The notes below the pieces were generated by a model that searched no databases, was not told the origin of the DNA, and saw only the letters and a list, made by a program, of their open reading frames with translations. The position numbers and the translations under genes were made by a program. Of a DNA stretch of 64,000 nucleotides, positions 39,310-48,800 are shown piece by piece. Origin of the DNA: Bacillota bacterium (GTDB lineage Bacteria > Bacillota > Sulfobacillia > JAUYEG01); assembly GCA_040766985.1 (NCBI GenBank), contig JAXGPL010000009.1, forward strand, positions 56,963 to 120,962, written 5' to 3'. Position 1 is the first letter of the stretch. Each line of letters begins with the position of its first letter.

Positions 39310-40030
39310 GTGGGACGGGCTGCGCGCAAAGGTGTGCCGGCCGACGTGACCGTCAAGGCCGTGCTCTTAGCTATGGAGCTGGCCGCGCCGGGCCCTTCGT
39401 TTACTGATGCGGTCTTTGAGGCGGCTCTGGCGTGCGTTGGCGAGGGCGAGGCCACCCGGATCCTATCGTACGGCCGTCGCCGCGACCGGGAAAGGTCACT
39501 GGCCGGCGCCCTCCTGTCGCGGCGGCGCTGGCCGACGCGCTGACGCAGGAGGACCAGGGCAATGGCTGTACCCCGGCCCCGTGGGAATTCTGCATCCTCC
39601 GCGGGCCGACGGGCCGCGTCCCTCGCCTGGGGGCCGGCAAGGCACCCCGCGCCGATTTCAACCTGTCCCATGCCGGAGCGTGGGTCGGTGTCTCGCGGCG
39701 CGGAGAATCCCGGGTCGGGGTGGATGTCGAGGGGTCCGCCCTGTCGAGCCTGCACTGCTTCGGCGTTGCCTTATGCCGGATGAGTATGAGCGGGTGATCG
39801 CCCTTCCGCCCCGAGAGCGGTTGGCGGAGTTCTTTCAGGCCTGGACGGCCAAGGAAGCCCGGCTCAAGGGTACCGGCGTGGGGCTTGCGACACCTCTGGA
39901 TTCGGTCCCCGCCGCTCCGCCCGACGGCTGGAGCCTGGCCCATCTCTGGCTGGATCAAAACCACCTCGTCGCGATGTGCGCTGAGCAGCCGGCTGTGCCG
40001 CCGCGGCGGGCCGGACGTCGTGACGATGGC
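39310..40030 (+). CDS. 4'-phosphopantetheinyl transferase (Sfp/EntD-type), split over three frames
   Basis: RILSYGRRRDRERSLAGALLSRR (frame A), DFNLSHAGAWVGVSRRGESRVGVDVE (frame B), FFQAWTAKEARLKGTGVGL (frame C). Divergent from the MBOAT/ACP operon. 3' end approximate. Confidence 0.6.
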
Positions 40031-40067
40031 TATGCTCCTTCAACGCCTGCCGGCGTTGCGTGGCGCC

Positions 40068-41300
40068 CTAGACCCTGGTCCGCGGTTTGCGTTTGCGCAA
40101 GTAGAGCCGCAGGTGGAGAAGGGCGCCGATTCCTGCGGCCGGCACGAGAAGCACCGCGGCCGCGGTGAGCGGTGCGCGCTTCAACAGCGGCGGCCTCGGG
40201 TCGGGCGAATCCCCCGGTTCCACCGGCGGCAATTCGGGCTCTTCCGCCGGGGGGGTCCCAGCGGGCGGGTCAGCAGGCGGCGCGGCGCTTCCGACCTTGA
40301 TGTAGTCCGGTTTGACCTCGCTATTGCTTCCCGCCTCGTTGGCTACGGTGAGGCGTACTGTGTAGGTGCCTGGCCCGTCATAGGTGTGGGACGGATTCCG
40401 GGCGGCACTGTCGGGAGTGCCGTCGCCATCGAAGTCCCACTGCCATGAGGTCGGCCCGCTGGACGACCGGTCCTCGAACTTCACGGTCAGAGGCGCGCTG
40501 CCCGACGTGACATCGGCGGCGAATCCCGCCACCGGCGCCTCGGGGGCGTCAGGCGCGGGCTCCGCGCTGCAGATAACCAACTCCGCAACGCACTGGATCG
40601 AGAGCCCGGTCGTTGTCGGATACTTCTCCCCGCCGTTGTGGAAGTAGTACCAGTACTCCTCCTCAGCCGCCTCGTGCCAATCCCAGTTGCCAAAAGATGT
40701 GCCTCTGCCACGGGTTGGCCGAGTGTCCGCAAACCAGATCAGGCATCCCCTCGCCAAACCCGCTGTCCGGCATCTGCCCGTCCTTGCACCAGCAGATCAC
40801 CATCGGGCCCTCACGTTCCGAGTACTCATAGACGTTCTTGTAAGCAAAGTCCTGCTGAGGCCGTCACTCGCCTTGACCCTCAGTTTGTCGCCCTCTGCCA
40901 TGCCCCCAACCAGTTCAGAGGTCCCTGACATTGGTGCCCTTGAGGGCTCCCATGTCCTTGACATTGGTGTCTTCGGCAGGATCCAGCGCAGCGCCTGCTC
41001 GATTGTTTCGTCCGGGCCGTTGGCAAACACCGGGCCCTGGTGGTAGTAGTGCGTAACTCCATCTCCGAGGACCGGCATGTTGCGCGGGTCCATCAGCCAG
41101 CGGTAGTCCACTGTCTTTTCCGCCAGCACCGTCTCCCCGTCGGATGCCAGCTTCTTGATAGTCAAGGCTTTGAGTTGGGAGGCGGCAGCTTGGCGGTCGG
41201 TGGAAAGATGACACCCAGCACCATCGACAAGACGAGGGGCCCCGCAGCAGGAACGCCACAGGTTCCCGCCGGCTGATCCGGCGCTGACGCAGAGCCTCTC
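40068..41300 (-). CDS. surface protein X1: SO-family-like conserved domain + PKD domain + C-terminal TM anchor; multiple frame breaks
   Basis: PKD motifs (PLTVKFEDRSS...WQWDFDGDG...NPSHTY...GTYTVRLTV) and a C-terminal TM with a basic tail. The upstream region matches the X2/SLH-protein domain (LAEKTVDYRWLMDPRNMPVLGDGVTHYYHQGPVF..., WDWHEAAEEEYWYYFHNG) but spans at least three frames. Confidence 0.5.
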
Positions 41301-41326
41301 CCTCCTTCCTTCTCCTGGGTTGCCTA

Positions 41327-42378
41327 GCTTCTGAACAACGACACCGATGCCGGCGGGATAGTCAGGTAAACCTGCTGTCCCACCTCAAGGGCCAGGCGCT
41401 CGCAGGTGTGGCGGGTGATCAGGCAGGTGAAGGCCGGCAGCAGTCGACCACGACATCGACGATCGAGCCCTTGTTGACGATGCGCGTGATCGAGCCCGGG
41501 GGAAGACGTTGGCGGCCGCCGCATCTTCGGGCCCGGACCTGGAAACGGATATTCTCCGGCCGGATCGCGGCAAGACAATCGCCGGCGATACCGGTTTCGG
41601 TGATCAGCCTTATCCCCCCGGTCGTAAAGACCGCCGTCCCACTGTCGTCCACCTCCGCAACTCCGGGGAAAACATTGACGGACATGGTGAACCGGGCCAC
41701 AAACTCGGAACCGGGCCGGCGGAATACCTCGTCGGGAGTGCCCACTTGCTTTATCGACCCGGCGCAGATGACTGCGATACGGGTGCCCATCGCCACTGCT
41801 TCCTCGAAGTCATGGGTGACATGGATGATTGTGGTGCCCAGCTCGCCGTGGAGTTGCATGATTTCCTCTCTGACCTTCTCGCGAGCCTGCGGGTCAAGCG
41901 CACCGAGAGGCTCGTCGAGGAGCAGAACCGATGGGTTGGTCACCAAGGCGCGGGCCAGGGCCACCTTCTGCTTCTCGCCCCCGCTCAGGTGCTGGGGCCT
42001 TCTCGCGAGAAGCCCGCCAATGCCGAACAAGTGCGCGACGCGGTCGAGCTCGCTACTGATTTCCGCTGCCGGCCTGCGCCGGACCTTCAGTCCGAAAGCG
42101 ATGTTCTCCGCTACCGTGAGGTGGGGGAACAACGCGCAATCCTGATAGACCATGCCGATGTTGCGCCTCTCCGACTCCAGCGAAGTCACGTCCCGGCCAT
42201 CGATCCAGATCCGACCCGAGGTCGCCTTGCGCAGTCCCGAGATGGTTTCCAGGAGCAAGGTCTTGCCGGAAGCGTACGGTCCGACCAGGACGAAGTACTC
42301 ACGGTCAAGGATGTCCAGGGTGATGTCCTGCAAAGAAAAACCGGGCATCTGCAGGCAGAGACGCTCAAGCTTGATCAT
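41327..42378 (-). CDS. molybdate/tungstate ABC transporter ATP-binding protein (ModC/WtpC-like with TOBE domain); frame break near ~41490
   Basis: Walker A GPYASGKT, LSGGEKQKVALARAL, LLLDEPLGALD. The C-terminal TOBE segment (RHTCERLALEVGQQVYLTIPPASVSLF) is in a second frame (ORF 41324..41578). Confidence 0.75.
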
Positions 42379-43193
42379 GGTCGCGTCCTCCGCAACAGGG
42401 CCTGCACCCCGATGAAGACGACCGCGCTGATGGTAATCATGATCGCCGCGACTGAGACCGCCGGCGCCAATCCGTAGGTTTCAAACCGCTCGTAGATCAG
42501 GACGGGGGCGATGGTCGGGTGGTAGGTCAGGATGATGACCGCTCCGAACTCGCTCATCGCCCGGGCCCACATCATCAGGCTGCCGGCGAGGATGCTCCGC
42601 CAGGCCAGTGGGAACGTCACCCGGGTGAAGGCTTGCCAGGGCGAGGCCCCCAAGGTGCGCGCGACCTGCTCAAGCCTCACATCAACCTTCCTGAAGCTCT
42701 GCTTGGCGGAACTGATCAGGATCGGAACGCTGACGAAGAGCATGGCGATGACGATTCCGGCCACGGTATCCACGAACTCGACCCCGATCGCCTTGAATCC
42801 CTTTCCCACGAGAAAGTTGCTGCCGAAGATGAACAGTAATGCGATGCCCGCGGCGGAATGGGGGACCACGACGGGCAGGTCGAGCAGCCCCTCGATGATG
42901 CTCTTGCCGGGAAACTGATAGCGGGCGAAGATGTAGGCCAGCGGCACTCCCAGGACGAACCCGATCCCCACGGCGATCAACGCGGCGTAGATGGTCAGCC
43001 AGATCGAACGGATCGTGTCGGAGTCGGCCAGGGTCTGCCACAAGGCTTGCTTGTCGGAGAGAAAGACCAGCTTAAGCAATGGTAGGAGGATGAACAGCAC
43101 GAGAACGACGCCGAGGACGGCAAAGGCCCCGGCAAAGGTGGCGCGGCGGACACCTGTTGCCCGTATCTTTTCCTTTCGTTCGTTTGGCTGCAT
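42375..43193 (-). CDS. molybdate/tungstate ABC transporter permease (ModB/WtpB-like)
   Basis: Polytopic protein with the MetI-type EAA-like region (MMWARAMSEFGAVIILTYHP). Overlaps the ATPase by 4 nt. Confidence 0.75.
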   Translation of the reverse strand: MQPNERKEKIRATGVRRATFAGAFAVLGVVLVLFILLPLLKLVFLSDKQALWQTLADSDTIRSIWLTIYAALIAVGIGFVLGVPLAYIFARYQFPGKSIIEGLLDLPVVVPHSAAGIALLFIFGSNFLVGKGFKAIGVEFVDTVAGIVIAMLFVSVPILISSAKQSFRKVDVRLEQVARTLGASPWQAFTRVTFPLAWRSILAGSLMMWARAMSEFGAVIILTYHPTIAPVLIYERFETYGLAPAVSVAAIMITISAVVFIGVQALLRRTRP

Positions 43194-43201
43194 TCGCTTT
43201 C

Positions 43202-44284
43202 CTAACGGACGAGCTGCCGAAGGGTCTCGGGCAGGCTGGCAGGGTTGTCGCACACCGGCGCCGGGATCAGTGGCTGCCATGATTCCTCGAATATGCGCCG
43301 CCCGTCCGGGCCGAGCAGGAACTCGATCAACCTGGACGCTTCCTCGGGATGAGGGGAGTTCTTCGGAATCGTCAGCGCGTACATGATCTGAGTGCCCTCA
43401 AAGCTTGGCATCACCGAGGCGAACCTTCTGAAATCGAGGTTCACCCGGACGCGCTGGTACTCCTCTTCAAAATCGGGGCTGCCGAGGTCGATGGCCGGCG
43501 GCAGGGCAACGAATCCCAGGCCGCGCTGTTTGGCTACGCTCTCGTACTCAAAGGAGTAGTCGAGGTCGCCTGACTCCAGCAAGGCCATCAACTGGATACT
43601 ATAGCTTCGCAGCTTGATACGGGATTGGGTCGACTTGACGACTTCCGGAACGGATATCGTCCGGATGCCGCCATCTTCCGTGATGGCCATCGGCGGATCG
43701 AATGCGGCGCCGATCGTCTTCTCGAATAAGGCATCATCCCGGTAGTGATCCTCGGCCATCTTCACCGCCATCAAGGTCCGGTACCCCATGGCGTCGATCC
43801 GGGGATCGGCCAGGCCGATTGTCACGTCGGGCCGCGAGAGAATCGCCGGCCAGTGCTCGGCGTCCATTTCGGCCGCATGGGCGCTCGTGGGCTGGCACGC
43901 AATGCCGAGCCGGTTAGTGGAAAACTTGATCGACCAGTCGGCGTACGGCGTGCCGCCGCCCGGCAGCGAGGCCGAGTACATCAACAGCGGTATCAACTGC
44001 GCGTCGGCCACGGCCACGACGTCAGCGATCTTCCCCAATTCGGTGACGCTGCGGATGACCTGTACGCTGCCGTGCCCCTCCAACTGCACGTCGATGCCGG
44101 GATTGCGGTTCTCAAACTCCCGTTCAAGGGTCTGGAAGGGCACAAGGAGGCTGCCGGCGATAATAGCCTTGACTTGCACCCGGTTGTCCTTTTCGCGTCC
44201 CCCGCAAGACATACAGCCGGCCACAAGCGCTGCGACCAAGACCAAGGCGACGGCAGTCGGCAGGAGGCGAAGCTGCCGGCGCAT
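43202..44284 (-). CDS. molybdate/tungstate-binding periplasmic protein (WtpA/ModA-like) lipoprotein
   Basis: Signal peptide with lipobox (LVAGCMSCGG) and a PBP-type-2 fold pattern. First gene of the transporter operon. Confidence 0.65.
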   Translation of the reverse strand: MRRQLRLLPTAVALVLVAALVAGCMSCGGREKDNRVQVKAIIAGSLLVPFQTLEREFENRNPGIDVQLEGHGSVQVIRSVTELGKIADVVAVADAQLIPLLMYSASLPGGGTPYADWSIKFSTNRLGIACQPTSAHAAEMDAEHWPAILSRPDVTIGLADPRIDAMGYRTLMAVKMAEDHYRDDALFEKTIGAAFDPPMAITEDGGIRTISVPEVVKSTQSRIKLRSYSIQLMALLESGDLDYSFEYESVAKQRGLGFVALPPAIDLGSPDFEEEYQRVRVNLDFRRFASVMPSFEGTQIMYALTIPKNSPHPEEASRLIEFLLGPDGRRIFEESWQPLIPAPVCDNPASLPETLRQLVR

Positions 44285-44310
44285 ATGTGTTGCTCCATCT
44301 CTGACCTGGC

Positions 44311-44919
44311 TCACGGGGCTCGGAGGACCTCGATTTTGGTGACCCATTTGACCCAGTAGCTGCCCTCGGTCAGGAGCCCCCCTGCGGGGCTGACCACTGC
44401 CAGCCGCAACGGTCTGCCCCCTTCATCGTCCAGCGGCTTGCCATCGAGGCGGTACATCAGGATGGTCTGTAGCTCCGTGTCGGGCACCTCCCTGAGGTCG
44501 GGGGTATAAGCGATGAAATCGCCCATCACCTGCTCGTAGCTCAGCACCGTCGAGTAGCCGTCCCTGGCTGAAACCATGACCGCATCGCCCTGACCCACGC
44601 CTCCGACCTGATTGCATAGCTCTTCGACGGTTACCCCACGCACAGGGTAGGGCCCGTAGACGATTCCGACGGACGAGAAGAAGCCCCCGTCACCCGCGTA
44701 CGCCGGCAGGGAGGTTACATCCTTGTACGTCAGCGTCTTGCTGGAGCCGTCTTTCCCGACCAGAGTCAGCCGCCAGGCTCTCGTATCGGCGTCCACCAGC
44801 AGATTCCATGGCTGGAGATAGGCAATCGCCGAGGCCAAGATGAGAAGCGCGCCGGCGATCAGGACGAGCCCGGACCTGTCCCTCCTCATGCCGGTCGTCT
44901 CCGTGCGTAGCAGTACCAC
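44311..44919 (-). CDS. membrane-anchored single-domain SO-family (Oxidored_molyb)-like protein
   Basis: N-terminal TM then WRLTLVGKDGSSKTLTYKDVTSLPAY...GVTVEELCNQVG...ARDGYSTVLSYEQV...GKPLDDEGGRPLRLAVVSP...YWVKWVTKIEVL. This pattern matches the C-terminal half of the sulfite-oxidase/YedY Mo-domain fold. Confidence 0.55.
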   Translation of the reverse strand: MVLLRTETTGMRRDRSGLVLIAGALLILASAIAYLQPWNLLVDADTRAWRLTLVGKDGSSKTLTYKDVTSLPAYAGDGGFFSSVGIVYGPYPVRGVTVEELCNQVGGVGQGDAVMVSARDGYSTVLSYEQVMGDFIAYTPDLREVPDTELQTILMYRLDGKPLDDEGGRPLRLAVVSPAGGLLTEGSYWVKWVTKIEVLRAP

Positions 44920-45749
44920 CCGACCAGCGCGAGCCCTGCCAGGCCTAATGCTGGCGGCAGCCAGGGCGGTGCGCCGCCGCGTTTGGCCGGGACATCAGGC
45001 GCGCCTGTCACAGCAGTCAGGTCGGCGTTTTCTGGAACGCCTCCGCTGTAAATCCTGACTTCGCTGATCCACTTGCCCGACAGGCCGTTGGTGCTGGGGT
45101 ATTGCCCCTCGAAGAAGTGCTGGTACTCCTGCTGGGGCAGGGCAATCTTCATGTCGATGTTGCCAAAAACGCGTTTTCCGGCCTGGTTTGGCTGTTCCAC
45201 CATGAAAACGATCTGGAGGGCGCTGGCGTATGCGTTGTTCGCCGGGTATCCAGTGCCGAACCGCTCCCCTTCGCCAGCCTCTTCGCCGCAGAACCAGCAG
45301 AGCGCGATGACCCCCTGTCCGGGCGGGGGCTCATACACGTTGCCGTAGGCAAACGTTGTGTGCCAGTTGTCGACGGCGATCAGGACGACCTCATCTCCTT
45401 CTGCCATGCCGCCCACCAGGTCACAGAGATCCTTCACCGCGGTACCCATCACCGCGCCCTTGTCCTTGAGGTTGGTGGTTTCGTCGGGATCCCATGAATC
45501 ACCCTCGAAGACGGGGCCCTGGTGGTAGTAGTGCGTCTCGCCGTCTCCGTAGACCCTGAGGTTGTCCTCCATCCACCGGTAATCGACTGTCTTTTCCGCC
45601 AGCAAGGTTGTGCCGTCGGCGGCGTACTTCGCGGCACGCACCGCGGTGGTTGCCCCCGCGGCAACCACGGGGGCTGGAGATAGGACCTGGGACAGGAGCA
45701 GCAACGCGATCAGAGCCACGTGGCGCAGCCGCCATACGTTCTTTGTCAT
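44886..45749 (-). CDS. secreted protein X2 (paralog of the X domain in the SLH protein and X1)
   Basis: Signal peptide (MTKNVWRLRHVALIALLLLSQVLSPAPVVAAGA), AGGAG RBS. Conserved block LAEKTVDYRWMEDNL.VYGDGETHYYHQGPVF...DLCDLVGGMAEGDEV...KWISEVRIY shared with 45850..49320 and 40068..41300. Confidence 0.5.
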   Translation of the reverse strand: MTKNVWRLRHVALIALLLLSQVLSPAPVVAAGATTAVRAAKYAADGTTLLAEKTVDYRWMEDNLRVYGDGETHYYHQGPVFEGDSWDPDETTNLKDKGAVMGTAVKDLCDLVGGMAEGDEVVLIAVDNWHTTFAYGNVYEPPPGQGVIALCWFCGEEAGEGERFGTGYPANNAYASALQIVFMVEQPNQAGKRVFGNIDMKIALPQQEYQHFFEGQYPSTNGLSGKWISEVRIYSGGVPENADLTAVTGAPDVPAKRGGAPPWLPPALGLAGLALVGWYCYARRRPA

Positions 45750-45849
45750 GATCGGACTCCTATGGAAGATGGTGGATAGGGGCGCGCAAGGCCTATCCCC
45801 CTGGTTATACGCCAAGCCCTGATATCGCTCTCTCAGGGCAGCGACGGTC

Positions 45850-48800
45850 TCAGATATCCAGAGCGTTGACCAGAGCCGTGAGAGCTTCCGCCCTGGTGGC
45901 GTTGCCGTGAGGCCGCACGGTGTTGTCGGGATATCCCTTCAGGATCCCCGCCTCTGCAGCGGTAGCCACTGCGTCAACCGCCCAATTCGAGATGTCGTCT
46001 CCGTCCGCGAAGCCGGTGGCGCCGGTGACCACGTCAAGATCCAATGCCCGGACAATCATCGTCGCCATCTGCTCGCGGGTGATCCGGTCGTCGGGGCCAA
46101 AGCTGTTGCCCCCGTATCCCTCGACAATCCCCAGGGCCGCAGCCACGGAAATGCTGTCCTTGGCCCAGTGATCGGCGGTGTCGGCAAAGACCGCGCCCGT
46201 CTCAGCAGTCAGCTTGAGGGCCTTTACCAGGATGGTAGCAAACTCCGCCCTGGTAATGGTTGCGTCGGGCCGGAAACTGCCGTCGGGATAGCCGGTTACC
46301 ACCCGTGAGGACACCAGTTCTTCGATATTCGCCTGAGCCCAATGCCCCGCGATGTCATTGAGGGCGGGAAGGGCGATCAGCTCGATGCTCGCGATCTGCG
46401 AGACCGACATTGAGCCGCTCACAGACGGGCCCACCAGCCGGAGCGGCCAGTTGCTGTCCGACTCGGGAATCGCGGCCCCGTTGAGCGTGTTGGCCACTAT
46501 GTAGTCGCTGTTGCGGATGATGTCCCTGCTGCTGATCGTGACCGAATACCCGTCCGCAGCCGTGACCGCCACTAGGTATCCCGTCGAAGCGAGTTGTTGG
46601 TTGAAGGCATTGTCGGTGTGCTTATCCGCGTCATCAACAAATCCCGCGAGGAACCAAAGGGGCATGCCTTCCCAGACGCGACCCTTCGAGTCCGTGAACG
46701 ACGCCTTGTGGTTCGCTCCGAACTGGCATGCGAGCGCCTGTTCAAAGTAGGTCTTGTTGATGTCTTCCTTCAGGCCGCCGACGGATTGGCCATCAAGCTT
46801 CAGAGTCCAATCGTTCACGGGGACCGCGAAGACCTCAATCTTGGTTATGTACTTTGCGGACAGGCCTGCGCACGACGGGTACTGGACGTTGTCGGCGTAG
46901 TAATAGTGCCAGTACTTCTCGGGCAAGGTCTCGTGCATATCCCACTGCCCATACACGTGGTCGCCGCCAGGCGCGAAGAACAAACGCATGCCGTCCTTGT
47001 ACCCCGGCACGTATTCGCCGTCGCCCCACCAGGCCAGAATGGCGTCGCCCTGGCGAGCCTGGACCGCCGGATCCGGGTAGATGGAGGAGTACGGCAGCGT
47101 TGTTTCATAGCCGTCATCGGCGACGAACACGATCTCCGTGCCTGACCCCATACCGCCGACAAGGTCGCAGAGGTCGCTGACCCGGGTGCCCTTGACGGCG
47201 TTCTCGATCTTGAAACCGCCGGGATAGGTCTCCGCCTGATCCCAGACGTCAGCCGGATTGCTGGTAATTCCCTCGTAGCGGTACTTCGTCACCCCGTCGC
47301 CGACTACGGGAAGGTTGGCTTCCATCCATAGATAGTCGACGGTCTTTTCCTCGACGACGGTGGTCTGGTCCGCGCCGTACTTGACGATATGGAGCTCCGG
47401 TATCGGAAGAGCCGTCTCAAACTCGATGAGTTCGATCTCGGCGATATTCCCGACGCTGGTTCCGCTGAACGTGCCGTCGGGCCTGATGACTCCCTGACCG
47501 ACTAGCCGTAGCGGCCCGGACTCCGTCAGCGCCTGCCCATTGAGCTTGTCAGCCACAATGTAGCTACTGCTGTTGGCGATGTCCGCGCTCGCGAACTCCT
47601 TGGCGTATCCATCCCCGGCCTTTACTACTACGGTGTAACCGGCCTGAGCTTGAGTGAAGCTAAACGAGTGCGGCTCGCGGTCATCCACCCAGCCGGCCAG
47701 GAACCAGAGGGGCATGCCGGACCAGACATTGCCGTCATTGTCCGTCCACTCCAAGAGGTGCCCCGAATTCGGGCAGGCGAGGCCGGCCTCGAACTCAGCC
47801 TTGGCGAAGACATCAGTGATCTTGCCGGTCAGGCTAAGGTTCCAGCTCCCGGCCCCGGCAGGGGGCGTAAGCAGTTCGGGGATCGCAATCTTGGCGATCT
47901 GACCAACCGCGGAGCCGCCGAGGCTGCCATCGTCCTTGGTGACGCCGGAACCGACCAGGCGGAGCGGCCACGCATCCGTGAGCGGCGCTCCGTTGACCTT
48001 GTTGGCGACGATGTAGTCGTCGCTTCCGGCGATGTCGGCACTGGTGAACGTCTTGGTAAACCCATCTGCAGCTGAAACCTCGACGCTATAGCCGTCGGCC
48101 GCCAACTGCTGGTTGAAGGTCCACCCGCTGCCCGGCTCGATGTCGTCGACTACGCTCACCAGAACCCAGAGCGGCACGCCCGACCAGACGTTACCGTCCT
48201 TGTCGGTCCACTCGCGGTAGAAACCCGAAGTCGAGGAGGCCAGATCGCTCTCAAACTCCTCTTGGGTGAGCGTGTCTCCTATCTCGCCGGACATTTCCAG
48301 GGTCCAGCCCTCGGTGGGCACGGGGAGGTCGGAAAGCTCGATCTTGACGATGTTGCCGACCTGTTGTCCGCCGAGCACCTCGGGGCCCTTAAGGTGAAGC
48401 GGCCAGCAATCCTTGCCGCTCGCGGTCTGCTCCGGCAGGGGATCTCCGTTGAAGGTATTGGCGACGATGTACCCGGCGTTGCGCGCGATCGCCGAGCTGT
48501 CGAACGTGGCTGACCACCCGTCGCCCGCGATGACATTGACCTTGTAGTCCTGGGCGGCCAGGCTGTCGCTGAAGTTGATGTGATCGCTGCCGGCATCAGG
48601 GTCATCGTCGACCATGCCGACCAGCAGCCAGAGTGGAACCCCGCCCCAGACGTTGCCTTCGGGGTCCGTCCAGTTGACCTGGTGCCCTGAGGCCGAACAC
48701 GCGAGGCCTTGCTCGAAGTACGCCCTGGTAACGCTGGACGCCTTGGCCCCAGTGAGCTGAAGCGTCCAGTCTCCGGTGGGCGCCGGTGGCGCAGTCCCGG

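Noticed and set aside
39401-39964. Minus-strand 187-aa ORF and the 253-aa plus ORF as separate genes
   Set aside because: The region is explained by a single Sfp-type PPTase read across three plus-strand frames. The minus ORF has no features.
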